A stretch of DNA of 64,000 bases. Origin: a virus. The DNA is taken from positions 1 to 64,000 of IMG/VR virus record IMGVR_UViG_3300050821_006280; one strand, 5' to 3'. The translations under genes were made by a program, and so were the position numbers. The notes beneath the pieces are model-generated. The model made no database searches and was not told where the DNA came from. It saw only the letters and a program-made list of their open reading frames with translations. Each line of letters begins with the position of its first letter. The first letter of the stretch is position 1. Shown piece after piece: positions 18,597-28,279 of the stretch.

Positions 18597-18653
18597 GATA
18601 TCCGCAGATAGAAGTAACTATGATTTCTACTTCTATCTGGGGATATCAGTCAA
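18597..18653 (-). promoter_or_regulatory. Palindromic operator overlapping a sigma70-like promoter
   Basis: 20-bp inverted arms 18597-18616 / 18628-18647 (1 mismatch, 11-nt spacer); TTGACT-N18-TAGAAA. Confidence 0.6.
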
Positions 18654-18680
18654 GTTGATTATTTGAATATGAGATCAGAT

Positions 18681-18917
18681 CTATCGCCTGTGTTTGATGA
18701 GAGCATCCCATTGCAACCCGAGAACCTCCATGTAATCGGGATCTATGATGTACTGATCATCCTCAAGCGACAGCTCGTCATGGCCTCGGCTTGGATGTCC
18801 ACCTGTCAATGGGAAGCTGTGATAACTGATCGGCGTTCTCTCCCCAGACTCGATACGCTCATCACGATCACGCAGCAGCCCAGCGATGTCCGGCGTTTCC
18901 CATTTATCGTTCGGCAT
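18681..18917 (-). CDS. Hypothetical protein (78 aa)
   Basis: RBS AGGAG; follows the tube paralog. Confidence 0.6.
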   Translation of the reverse strand: MPNDKWETPDIAGLLRDRDERIESGERTPISYHSFPLTGGHPSRGHDELSLEDDQYIIDPDYMEVLGLQWDALIKHRR

Positions 18918-18926
18918 TTTGTTCTC

Positions 18927-19577
18927 CTACGGTTTCAGCCCAAAGCTAAATTCCTCAATCCACTCCGGCTGAACCTCCAGCGACATTATTGAGATTCCTG
19001 CTGACGAGCCGTCGAAATCAGATCCAGCGACGTAACTTGTGGGAATGCAGTTATGAAGCAACCACGCGCGAGCTGGTATTCTGGCAGCAAATTCAAATGG
19101 TCCAAGAGACACTGCTCCCGGCGGACCAGATGAACCCGGTCCAAGGTTGATCGCTCCGTTTATCCCTGGATTGATTGTCGAGAAGTGCAACACAACGAGA
19201 TTCCGACGAATACCAGGAGCAAGCACATCCACCGTAGACGTGCTCAAGCCTTTTCCAGCCAGCGTGCCGGATACATTCTGGTCATTGGTAATTTTCTGGC
19301 CATAAATCGCGTATGCAATCCAGTCGTAGAAATCTGAATCGAAGAAGCTCGCACCCCGCTCGAACCCAACCGGCTGCACCGACGCACCCTTAATTACAGA
19401 ACGCTGGTACAAGAAAGTACCGTCCTTGAACGTTTCTACGTCAGCATCGATCTTCGGACTTGTAATCCGCGCAAAGCCAAATAGCGGTGTGAATACAGGC
19501 GCTACGATCGGCGCAGAGGCGTCGAAAGCCCAGAATGTGTGTTGCTGGAGAAAATCGGTGATTCGGCTACGAGGCAC
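18927..19577 (-). CDS. Tail tube-like protein 2 (gp19 family; probable tube initiator)
   Basis: Paralog of the tube gene: DFLQQHTF, FERG..FFDSDFYDW, WLLHNCIPT, DFDGSS. Confidence 0.8.
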   Translation of the reverse strand: MPRSRITDFLQQHTFWAFDASAPIVAPVFTPLFGFARITSPKIDADVETFKDGTFLYQRSVIKGASVQPVGFERGASFFDSDFYDWIAYAIYGQKITNDQNVSGTLAGKGLSTSTVDVLAPGIRRNLVVLHFSTINPGINGAINLGPGSSGPPGAVSLGPFEFAARIPARAWLLHNCIPTSYVAGSDFDGSSAGISIMSLEVQPEWIEEFSFGLKP

Positions 19578-19615
19578 GATCAGAAGGATAGCAGAAAGCT
19601 TTACCTCATTGATCG

Positions 19616-20197
19616 CTATGGAGTGGCAGATTGATTCGGGTTCTCGATATCGAAGTATTCGTAGGCAAGATCAAGCTCTTGAATCGAAACCTCAGAAGCC
19701 GTCGAATCGAGATCACCAGCAACCTTGTGCCGGGTTGGGAATGCCTCGTGGAGATGGTAGATCATCGAGCCCTTGCCATCCCCGACTCCAGCAGCGCCAC
19801 CAACTCCCATCTGCGTCGTATTCGTTGGCGACGATTGGGTCTGCTGCTTCGCATCGCGGTGGAAATGCTTGATGTCTACGTCTGCGCGATACTCCTCGTT
19901 GCCTTCGATGCAACGCTTCATCCACTGCCAGAAAGTACCATCCGTCATCGCAACACCACGAGAAAGCGTGATGTCAGCGATCGATGGAAGACCAACGAAC
20001 TTCTTCGTGTAGATGTAGTGTCCCTCTCGATACTCGACCGCTTCCTCAGAGGCCTCTGGAGTCGAGCACGCGTTGAACCCTGCCTGTGGCTTGTCTCCGC
20101 CGCTTTGCAGTGCCGGAGATGTCGTCGCCCCAAATCCATTGACAATCACATGGAATCGGAACGAGTGGAGAAAATCCGTTGCCTTAGGACGAGCCAT
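19616..20197 (-). CDS. Tail tube protein (T4 gp19 family)
   Basis: FRFHV, AGFNACS, VEYREG, ITLSRG, EAFPT...DLDSTASEVSIQEL. Confidence 0.9.
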   Translation of the reverse strand: MARPKATDFLHSFRFHVIVNGFGATTSPALQSGGDKPQAGFNACSTPEASEEAVEYREGHYIYTKKFVGLPSIADITLSRGVAMTDGTFWQWMKRCIEGNEEYRADVDIKHFHRDAKQQTQSSPTNTTQMGVGGAAGVGDGKGSMIYHLHEAFPTRHKVAGDLDSTASEVSIQELDLAYEYFDIENPNQSATP

Positions 20198-20217
20198 TTA
20201 CCGTCTCCTGTTCCCGA

Positions 20218-22371
20218 CTAGGAGGTCAACAACTTCTGTTGGAAGCGGAATCTGATGAACTCACCTGGCTTGTTCGGCGCCAACGCGACATCGCAAATAA
20301 CCTGGCCTGCGTTCACGACATCAGGCGGGTTGTTATCTCCATCGCACTTCACGAAGTACGCTTGCGTAGCCGACGTTCCGGCAAAGTAGCCCTGATTGAA
20401 CAGGTTGCCCAGGAAGCTATCGAGCTGGCTCTTGATCTGGCTGTATAGCGTTTGTCCGATATTCTCGAAGACAAACTGATGCGTCGAGTTGAATACTGAC
20501 TTCTCGACGAACATGAAGAGTCGTACTGCGTTGATGTATTTCCACGCCGAGTCCGCCGATAGCGTTCTCGCACCCCAGACAGCCCTACCTGTCTGCGGTG
20601 TATCGATCATTGAATTGATGCGAGCTGGCGAGACAGTGTCTCGCTCGCCCTTGTCTGGAATATGCTCCAGAGCCGTAAGGAATTGCAGCGCACCATCCAC
20701 CGTCCCAGCCGGCGACTTACCGACATTCTTCGTCAAGTCGGTACGAGCAATCACTCCAGCAACATGGGCCTGGGGCGGAAATAGAATGCTACGGTTGTTT
20801 CGCAGCGGGTCCGCCACCTTGAGCCACGGCCAGTAAATTGCCGCATACTTCGAGAAGCGGTTGAACGTGATCCGCACGTAATCGACCGCCTGCTGAGCAG
20901 CAAAACCACTTGGCGTCGACAGGATCACAAAGATATCGCGGCGTGCTTCTGCAAAGTCGACCTGGTCTCCGCCAATGGTCGTATCGCCAGCGAAGTCCGG
21001 GATGATCAGCTGCATCATCTCGTCGACACGATTCAGTGCGAATAGGCCAAGTTTGTTCGGAGAAAGTGTTGGACTACTGAAGACGTTCCGTCCAAATTGG
21101 CTTGACCCGATCGTCAGGGTTCCATCGGAACCACCGGCGAATGTATAGGTCACCGAACTCGTCGCCGGCATCTTGATGTAGTCGATCGTGATCGTAGTCG
21201 TGTTGTCAGGTGCAGTGGCGAAATTCAAGGTGATCACGCCAGTTGCATAGACAATGCTATTCGTCTTTGTGGCATCAAAGTCAGTGCCAGTGAAATTACC
21301 TGATGAATCTGGCGTAGCCGTCTTCACTACGGCGCCGATCGTGTAATGCAAAACTGGCGAGACCTGCACAATAGGAAATTGTGCAGCGGTGTGAGAGAAG
21401 TTCTTGATGGTTCCGTTTCCTGTACCAATCGACTCAGCCGTAACGGTCGTCGGCTTGAATGTCGACGGAACGTCATGGATGTTGTTGTCGGTGATCACGA
21501 TGTAATTACTGGCATCATTGATCACCGCAGGCGCAAACAACGGATCGGTAGGATCGGTGAAGCTCAGCTCATCGTAGGTCTCGACGATTGAGACTATGTT
21601 CGTCACTGGATCTGTGATCTGAACCAGCAAGTCATACTTGGTCCACGTTCCAGCATTCGCAACCCCTGGAATACCGTAGACAAAGTCATTCTGGCTGCCA
21701 CGCAGCACCACGCTCAGATTGAGGCTCCATTCGCCGACGTTCGCTGCGACAAGGGGCCACATCGAATACGTGTAGTCGAGACGAATCGAATCGACCGCCG
21801 GAGGCGCCGCATTGAAAGTGATCGTGAGGACGCCGGTCGTACGATTCAGGGTCGCGGACGACACAGCTGATGCGTTCGTACCTCCGATTGTTGACGTTCC
21901 AGTGATCGTCGCGACTTTCGATCCCGTCGAAGTCCAATGGACCGTAACCACATCTGCCGTCAGAGGAAAGTGCGATAGCTGGATCGTAAACGGACCATTG
22001 GTGGTCCCGTCCTGCGCAGGCGAGATCGACGCACCTGGTGCTGTCGAAGGATCTTCACCAAGAAGGACAGTAGAAATTCCAGAGACGCCAGCCACGGCGT
22101 CGGTAGGAACCACGCGGACTACGTAGCAGCGGGTTCCACCATTCGCAAAGAACGCACTGACCGATAGAGGAACACGGGACTCAACCGTCTGATCGCCGAA
22201 TTGACGTGCGTAGCTATCCGTGCTGGTCACAAGGGAGGCCCGATTAGCAACGCCAAACGTTGTCCATCCAACGATAGCCATCGTCGACGTTCCGACAGCC
22301 TGGACAGTTTGGCCGCCAGAATTGACCTCTTCGATGAAGACTCCAGGCGACAGAAATTCCGACATGGTCAC
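20218..22371 (-). CDS. Contractile tail sheath protein
   Basis: SPGVFIEEV, FFANGGTRCYVVRV, AAIYWPWL, VWGARTL, WKYINAVRL, APNKPGEFI. Confidence 0.95.
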   Translation of the reverse strand: MTMSEFLSPGVFIEEVNSGGQTVQAVGTSTMAIVGWTTFGVANRASLVTSTDSYARQFGDQTVESRVPLSVSAFFANGGTRCYVVRVVPTDAVAGVSGISTVLLGEDPSTAPGASISPAQDGTTNGPFTIQLSHFPLTADVVTVHWTSTGSKVATITGTSTIGGTNASAVSSATLNRTTGVLTITFNAAPPAVDSIRLDYTYSMWPLVAANVGEWSLNLSVVLRGSQNDFVYGIPGVANAGTWTKYDLLVQITDPVTNIVSIVETYDELSFTDPTDPLFAPAVINDASNYIVITDNNIHDVPSTFKPTTVTAESIGTGNGTIKNFSHTAAQFPIVQVSPVLHYTIGAVVKTATPDSSGNFTGTDFDATKTNSIVYATGVITLNFATAPDNTTTITIDYIKMPATSSVTYTFAGGSDGTLTIGSSQFGRNVFSSPTLSPNKLGLFALNRVDEMMQLIIPDFAGDTTIGGDQVDFAEARRDIFVILSTPSGFAAQQAVDYVRITFNRFSKYAAIYWPWLKVADPLRNNRSILFPPQAHVAGVIARTDLTKNVGKSPAGTVDGALQFLTALEHIPDKGERDTVSPARINSMIDTPQTGRAVWGARTLSADSAWKYINAVRLFMFVEKSVFNSTHQFVFENIGQTLYSQIKSQLDSFLGNLFNQGYFAGTSATQAYFVKCDGDNNPPDVVNAGQVICDVALAPNKPGEFIRFRFQQKLLTS

Positions 22372-22395
22372 TGTCCTCCCTTACGGCACTCGGAA

Positions 22396-22441
22396 CTATC
22401 AACTTTTCTCATGAAAAGTTCGGGAGATGTTCTCCCGATAG
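22396..22441 (-). promoter_or_regulatory. Structured 5' leader element (three-way junction) upstream of the sheath gene
   Basis: Closing stem CTATC/GATAG encloses two hairpins: GGGAGA/TCTCCC and AACTTTTC/GAAAAGTT. Confidence 0.45.
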
Positions 22442-22608
22442 CGATTGGTCGATCAACATATAACCATCGTGGACCTTACCATGCCGATCATGATGACGAC
22501 TGGAAGTATCTGAAATGCTTCTAGTTGTAGAGATTTGATCACTTATACGCGCGATACACCGCCGAGGATAGAGCTGCTGCTTTTCCGGCGCGAAACTATG
22601 GCGCGTAA

Positions 22609-23349
22609 CTATTCAGAGAAAGAGAAGCGGAACATGGGAAGACTGGTGAGCGCTTGGATCGTGTAGGGGTCATTCAGGTCGATCTCCGCCTCAACCCGGA
22701 GACTGATATTGAATGTGGTAGTCCGGTTCGCAACGTCCGTCTTCGTATCCACTGGATTTGGACTTTCATTGAAGGCATCGTAACTGCGTAGGTCACCAAG
22801 ACTGTCCTTGACGAACAACGTCGTGTATGGCTGGTACTTCCGCAATGCATACTGAAGCATCTGCATCGCTTCTACCCGCAAATTGTTCCGATATCGTGCC
22901 CGAATCTGAATCGTATAGAGCAGATCTGCCGGAACGGCCTGACTCTTCTCTTCGTAGTGGTCCCAGCCGGTCTTGATCGGGTTTCCAGTAATTGGATGAT
23001 ACACCGTTGACTGGTGTGCTCCAGGTGCCGGGACTCGGTACTCGGTTACCCCAAGATGCCACCGACTCATCGCCCACGAGATGCTGTCACGTCTGATCAC
23101 AAACGATGGCAGGATCTTTTGATCGATGGTCTCCTCTGGAAACGCGAAATAGATTGGCACTCCCTCGAAATCTGGCGGAGGACTCACATTCGGTACATTT
23201 GTCAAGATGTACGTGTCGCCAGCAGTATTAGGGACGCCTCCCAGCGTCTCAAACACGCCACGATCGAACTCTACGAGCCCAATAGTCCCGGTGCGTGCGC
23301 TGCCGTCATCGGCAGAGTTAACGTGCAATGGAAGAGGCGGCGCGGGCAT
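22609..23349 (-). CDS. Tail terminator / sheath stabiliser (gp15-like)
   Basis: Position upstream of sheath; LPSFVIRR, VPADLLYTIQI, FNISLRVEAE pattern. Confidence 0.65.
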   Translation of the reverse strand: MPAPPLPLHVNSADDGSARTGTIGLVEFDRGVFETLGGVPNTAGDTYILTNVPNVSPPPDFEGVPIYFAFPEETIDQKILPSFVIRRDSISWAMSRWHLGVTEYRVPAPGAHQSTVYHPITGNPIKTGWDHYEEKSQAVPADLLYTIQIRARYRNNLRVEAMQMLQYALRKYQPYTTLFVKDSLGDLRSYDAFNESPNPVDTKTDVANRTTTFNISLRVEAEIDLNDPYTIQALTSLPMFRFSFSE

Positions 23350-24194
23350 CAGATGAATCCTAGCTTCTTCATAAATGGAGTGAAGCCACGGGCTACACCA
23401 ACCTTAACCTTGTCCTTCACCTTGGGCCACCGCTTCCATTGGGTGCTATCAGGATCGGACAGCGCCTTCTTCAGCTCCCGATACTTTCGCGGAGCTGTCT
23501 TAATGCCGCTCCGCATCACGTCACCAACACCAACACGCCACGCCGGTATTGGCCGATGACCCTCGCCGCCATACTCCAGCTGAATAGCAACAAAGCTGGT
23601 ATCGGGAACAGCCTTGTTCATCCTCAGACGCTGGGAAGCTGTAGCAGCTTTGTCCTTCTGGAGCTTCTTGATCGAGAGCTTTTGCATCAGCGCTGAAATC
23701 TTGCCGCTCTGACTGCGTTGCATCCTAGCGATATGATCCGCTTCTCGCTTGGAGACCAAGCGCTGGACCACTACCGCCCATTTCTTAGAAGGCCAAAAGG
23801 GGATCGTATCTGTAGTCCACGGTCCATTGTCTTCCAAGAATTTGATGCGCTCTGGAGCTGGATTAAGAAGGCCTCTCTTGACACGAACATATAGAACGGT
23901 CTTCTGCTGGTCGACCTTCTTGACCTTCCTGCTTTTCAGCGATGCATGAACAGAGAATGAAGGTTCATCTCCACCAGGAATCTCTGACAATACGAGCGAA
24001 TCGCGAAGATCACGATACTCTGCCGTCTTAGGAATCTTATCCTTGAGGTTCGTCAGCAGCTCCTGAGCTGCAACGTATACAAACATCCGCTTTATGGATT
24101 TGAGTCTGTCTTCAAGCTGATCGACATAGCGCCATCCTGGTCCAGTCTCGCTGTCCTTCAGGATGTTCCATTCAAAACCGTTATCAATCGCCAT
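23349..24194 (-). CDS. Putative neck/tail-completion protein
   Basis: Basic protein between neck and terminator genes; LEYGG..HRP.PAWR motif. Confidence 0.45.
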   Translation of the reverse strand: MAIDNGFEWNILKDSETGPGWRYVDQLEDRLKSIKRMFVYVAAQELLTNLKDKIPKTAEYRDLRDSLVLSEIPGGDEPSFSVHASLKSRKVKKVDQQKTVLYVRVKRGLLNPAPERIKFLEDNGPWTTDTIPFWPSKKWAVVVQRLVSKREADHIARMQRSQSGKISALMQKLSIKKLQKDKAATASQRLRMNKAVPDTSFVAIQLEYGGEGHRPIPAWRVGVGDVMRSGIKTAPRKYRELKKALSDPDSTQWKRWPKVKDKVKVGVARGFTPFMKKLGFI

Positions 24195-24609
24195 CGTCCA
24201 GTCTCATTCGCAGAGTGCCAGATATTTTCTGTGGCTTCCTCTCGTCTGAGACGCTCTCGCCATTCTTCCCTATGATCACAACACTGACGGTCTTACCCTC
24301 AGCGCGGAGGTCGTTAACCAGCCGTATATGGGTTGAACAGCAGCCAATAACCCGAACGTACCCCTTGACTCGAATTGCATGAGTCGACTTCAAGCCGCAC
24401 ACGAAACAGAACTCACCAAACTGGGTCATCGGACCGACGTACTGGTGAAACACATCACCAGCAATCGGAGAACCACATGGGCCAACTGCGAGGCACTCGT
24501 GCCCCGGCTTCCCGTTATCACGAGCTTGCCAGTACTTTTCACACGTGGCACAGACTACGGAAAGTCCCTGAGAGACTACGAGGGCTACCTTGGTTCCATC
24601 GAGCGGCAT
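24184..24609 (-). CDS. Cys-rich hypothetical (Zn-binding) protein
   Basis: CATC, C..C, CFVC and CCSTH motifs. Confidence 0.6.
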   Translation of the reverse strand: MPLDGTKVALVVSQGLSVVCATCEKYWQARDNGKPGHECLAVGPCGSPIAGDVFHQYVGPMTQFGEFCFVCGLKSTHAIRVKGYVRVIGCCSTHIRLVNDLRAEGKTVSVVIIGKNGESVSDERKPQKISGTLRMRLDDGD

Positions 24610-25374
24610 CTACGAATGCCTTGCACGCTCACGCATCAGATCTCGGTAGAGCATCGGGAACATTTCTTCCGGCGTACTGCCAGCTTTCTTCGCGAGCTTG
24701 GCTAGTTTCTGGATCTCTTTCTCTACCGCCTTGAGATCTCGCTTCTGAGCAGCTTGTACCTTCTTCGCATCCTGGAACATTCTCGTCGTCATGACCTTCG
24801 CCCTGGAAGTGGGGCGATCGGTCGCTGGACGGTGCGGCAACATGTATCTTTCTGTATCCGCTTTTTCCTTGGCTGCTTTCTTCGCGTTCCCAGCTGGCGA
24901 AAATACCGCCTCTGCCAGTCGCGGATTCTCCTTCGTAAGTCTGGTCTTCACGCGCGAATCAGCCTCGTCGACCATCTTCGCAGACCAAGAAACGAGTCGT
25001 GTAATGACGTTGTCGTCACGGCTGATTTTATTCATCATCAGGAACGACCCACGTCCAAGATCCTCTGGGACCTCAAATTCGCGAGCAAATCCTGACCAGG
25101 CAGCACGAAACGACGCCGTTCCCTCCCAGAGGGCACGATTCAACCCGATAACAGCTTCTGGTGGGTACATCCCGAAGGCTGCAATCTGGAAAACTTCGTT
25201 CCATTCCAATCGGGACAGCGACTCCAGCACGGCGTCGTCGACAAGCGTATTGCCAGGCTGCTGGAATGTGGCAGCGATAGCAGCCGGCGTCGGAGTCGCT
25301 GCTTCCATCTTGTCAGCTACGTCTTTGTAGCCGAGGATCTCGTTCATCTCCATCAAGAGCGCAGTCTTGTCCAT
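24610..25374 (-). CDS. Hypothetical protein, possible internal head protein
   Basis: RBS AAGGAG; basic C-terminus; located in the head-neck block. Confidence 0.6.
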   Translation of the reverse strand: MDKTALLMEMNEILGYKDVADKMEAATPTPAAIAATFQQPGNTLVDDAVLESLSRLEWNEVFQIAAFGMYPPEAVIGLNRALWEGTASFRAAWSGFAREFEVPEDLGRGSFLMMNKISRDDNVITRLVSWSAKMVDEADSRVKTRLTKENPRLAEAVFSPAGNAKKAAKEKADTERYMLPHRPATDRPTSRAKVMTTRMFQDAKKVQAAQKRDLKAVEKEIQKLAKLAKKAGSTPEEMFPMLYRDLMRERARHS

Positions 25375-25383
25375 CTCGGCTCC

Positions 25384-26982
25384 TTATCGGCGACGGAATT
25401 GCGTGCCGCCAGCGCCGACTGACGGATCTCGACCGGCACCTGCCGGAAGGCGACGACGCGGCGAGTATCGAGTATCTCCCCGCATATACGCCACCTCTGC
25501 TTTGCGCATATTGTTGTTGTGGACCATATCGCCGTACCTACGCTCGCGCTCTCCAGGCCCACCAAAGACCTGCGCGAGCACGGGGTGATTGGAGCGGAAA
25601 TGATGCAGAGCAGCGGCGCCGACGTTCTTGGCAATACCACCGACCAGCTTGCCCGCCCCACGCACTAGCCGGCGCAACATACCTGGCTTCCTCTCCGCGG
25701 GAGACTCGGGCGCTCCAGCATCTGGTGCAGCTGGAGACCCGGACGTTCCCGCCGCCTGTCCCATAGCCGGCGCTGGAGTCTCCGCGTTGCCGCCCTGCAT
25801 CCGATTCATGGCATTGCTGGCGGCGCCACTGATTCCCTGGGCGGCACGCTTTGTAACATCTCCCAGAGCCCCTAGAGCCGATTTGCCCGCAGCCTTGAGT
25901 CTTGCTCCAAAACCGGGGGCAGCAGGCTGTGGGTCATCAGGAAGGTTGGCGGGACCGTCGTTCTGTCGAGCCACGATATCGTTCGTCGCAGCCTGGACGG
26001 CTTTCTTCTTAGACTTTTCACGTCTGGCAAGACGGTTCGCTTCAACGCCATGCAGCGCTGGATCATCCTTGCGAAGGTCGCCGATTTCATCTGGCGTACC
26101 AGATGACGCGCCCAAATTTGCAATATGCCCTGGCTGTCGTGCCGCAAGCGGATCCTGTCCCTGCGATGACCTCATCTGAGCGCGACGCTGACGCTTTGCC
26201 TGCGCAACTGGATCGTTTGCCATATCCCCTGGTTTGTTGATTTGGGGCGGTGGCGTCCCGCGTCGGGCATGAGCCACGCTGGAGAAATAGCCAGGAGCAG
26301 CACCAACTTCCATAAGCTCATGTTGGGTACGCTCCTGGAGGAACCGATATGTATGTGGACGCGATGCTACGTCAAACCAGGCCTCAGCGAGTGGTTGTCC
26401 TCCGCGCTCAAGACACGCCTCAACCTGCTCGAAATCAGACTCCGAAAGCATCGTGTCGAGCGAAGCAATCGCCTCAACCGTCGCAAATGGCAATGTCGCG
26501 AGCTTGGCGATTAGCAGCTGATCGATTTCATCATGAGCTTCATTGAAGACCGATTGGACAACGCCATCGTACTGTTTTGTTAGCTGTTCCATAGAAGGGA
26601 CAGATCCCTTCTTCAGCTTCGACTTACAGTTACACGCACCCATGCAACTGCATGTACGAGGATTGTTGTAGTCCTCGCTGAGAACACGTGTCAGCTCCCC
26701 AATCAAGTCCATCTTCTTGTCCTCATCGAAGGTTGGAGTGACTCCAAACATATTACGAAGAACAATGGCCACATCAGGAGCAAGCAATGCGCCCACGCCA
26801 CGCTTCTCCAAATACGAGACGATATCTCTCTTTGAGATCGTGTCTCCCTTTTTGAGCTTCTTCTCACCAGCAAGGGCTATGGCCATTTCATCCGGTATAT
26901 ACGGCTCGCCCTGCGAAGTACCTGGTCCCAGATAAAGTTGCATGTCCTGGCCTCTAGGGAGGAGTGATGCGCCGTTCCGCAC
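25384..26982 (-). CDS. Hypothetical low-complexity protein, possible internal/ejected head protein
   Basis: 532-aa ORF; CSCxxxCNC motif; A/G/P-rich C-terminal half with basic amphipathic helices. Confidence 0.65.
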   Translation of the reverse strand: MRNGASLLPRGQDMQLYLGPGTSQGEPYIPDEMAIALAGEKKLKKGDTISKRDIVSYLEKRGVGALLAPDVAIVLRNMFGVTPTFDEDKKMDLIGELTRVLSEDYNNPRTCSCMGACNCKSKLKKGSVPSMEQLTKQYDGVVQSVFNEAHDEIDQLLIAKLATLPFATVEAIASLDTMLSESDFEQVEACLERGGQPLAEAWFDVASRPHTYRFLQERTQHELMEVGAAPGYFSSVAHARRGTPPPQINKPGDMANDPVAQAKRQRRAQMRSSQGQDPLAARQPGHIANLGASSGTPDEIGDLRKDDPALHGVEANRLARREKSKKKAVQAATNDIVARQNDGPANLPDDPQPAAPGFGARLKAAGKSALGALGDVTKRAAQGISGAASNAMNRMQGGNAETPAPAMGQAAGTSGSPAAPDAGAPESPAERKPGMLRRLVRGAGKLVGGIAKNVGAAALHHFRSNHPVLAQVFGGPGERERRYGDMVHNNNMRKAEVAYMRGDTRYSPRRRLPAGAGRDPSVGAGGTQFRRR

Positions 26983-27445
26983 CGAATTCGGTGCGACGCT
27001 TCAAATAGAGCTTAAACTGAACGAAAGAGGCCGTGTCATTGACATGGCCATCATTATTCACCTTGATCACATCAAAGAACATACCCTTTCCCAGCGATTT
27101 CGCATCGTGATATGGCGTTCGCCATGCCTCGATGACATCTGCCTCGCTAGGGTACGGAGCTTCTTGTTCATCAAGATCGATCCGTGAAATTACACATAGA
27201 CAGTCGAAGTTATAGCCAAATCCTTGCTCGCCAGCTTCTGGTTCCAGGTTCGGCCACTGAAACCATGCCGACACGCGGAACGGGCCTAAAGTCTGGCGCT
27301 GGATTGGTTCGCCGTATAGAGGATCAATCTTATACTTCGCCCGATTCATGGCGTAGTAATTGATATCGTCTCCGGCCAAGGCATTCAGCTCAGAGGCAAT
27401 GCTGTCGAAGTACTCCAGCTCGCTATCGTCTAGCAGCTTACCCAT
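26954..27445 (-). CDS. Head closure / neck protein (gp14-like)
   Basis: AGDDINYY...IDPLYGEP...PSEADVI pattern. Confidence 0.75.
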   Translation of the reverse strand: MGKLLDDSELEYFDSIASELNALAGDDINYYAMNRAKYKIDPLYGEPIQRQTLGPFRVSAWFQWPNLEPEAGEQGFGYNFDCLCVISRIDLDEQEAPYPSEADVIEAWRTPYHDAKSLGKGMFFDVIKVNNDGHVNDTASFVQFKLYLKRRTEFGAERRITPP

Positions 27446-27858
27446 TAGTCCTGGCGTGCGGCCTTTACCTGCTTCTCAAAGTATTTGAACTTAGCTGGAT
27501 CGTCCTTAGCCCGCGACTTCGAGGCGCTCTTGGCTGCACCCTTCTTGGTCAGATCCGCCGATCCTTTTTTATAGTTCCCTGCCTTCTGCATCGACGCACG
27601 GCAGATCGCAAAAGCACCGGACATGTCCCTGCCCTGCTTCTTCATTACATCTGCAACGCAGCGCCGTTCGATTGTTGGCGTGTGTTTGCGTTCCTCAGCA
27701 AATAAGGAGCGAACAAAGCTCTCACCCATCGCAACGCTTGGAGAGATCAATGGAGGCGACGAAACAATGTTCGCGTCATAATCGTTCCGTCTTAGCCACT
27801 CCGGCCAATCCTCATCCTTCTCTGGCTTCTTTGGACTCTTGGCCATTCGACGCCTCAC
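27445..27858 (-). CDS. Basic hypothetical protein (paralog of 63503-63922)
   Basis: RRCV...AFAICRASMQKAG...LTKKG motif. Confidence 0.65.
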   Translation of the reverse strand: MRRRMAKSPKKPEKDEDWPEWLRRNDYDANIVSSPPLISPSVAMGESFVRSLFAEERKHTPTIERRCVADVMKKQGRDMSGAFAICRASMQKAGNYKKGSADLTKKGAAKSASKSRAKDDPAKFKYFEKQVKAARQD

Positions 27859-28271
27859 TTGTCTAGCATTCCGCGGACCTTGGTGTAGGCCATCCCGAGT
27901 GGTGTGTACTTCTTCCAGGCACCGACGGCCTTTGGAGCGAGCTTACCCCCAACATATGATCCAGCAGGACCAAGCTCAGCACCCGCCATCTTCCCAACGG
28001 TCGACGCAACAGCAGCTTCTCCAGGCGTTGTCTCATCTGGATTGTAGGCCTCTTCAGGACTATGGATCATTGCCTTCCCGAGCCGGCGCTGAGCTTTATT
28101 GAAGCGCTTAGCAGTATTTCCACGATCGGTGGCGTTCGAGAGATGCTTTCGCCAGCGTGTTTGATAGGCCTTTTCACTGCTTGCCTTGGCCATCTTCGTT
28201 ATCGCCGATTGCATAGGCCCCTCACTGAGAACGGTCCGAGCTTCAGCAATAATCTTGGCGAATGCAGACAT
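27855..28271 (-). CDS. Basic hypothetical protein, possible internal head protein
   Basis: RBS AGGAG; N-terminal IIAE/VLSE; glycine-zipper-like stretch. Confidence 0.65.
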   Translation of the reverse strand: MSAFAKIIAEARTVLSEGPMQSAITKMAKASSEKAYQTRWRKHLSNATDRGNTAKRFNKAQRRLGKAMIHSPEEAYNPDETTPGEAAVASTVGKMAGAELGPAGSYVGGKLAPKAVGAWKKYTPLGMAYTKVRGMLDK

Positions 28272-28279
28272 GGTCGCTC

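Noticed and set aside
10694-22371. Stand-alone eCIS/tailocin locus
   Set aside because: Contiguous with capsid, portal, terminase and replication genes, so it is a phage tail
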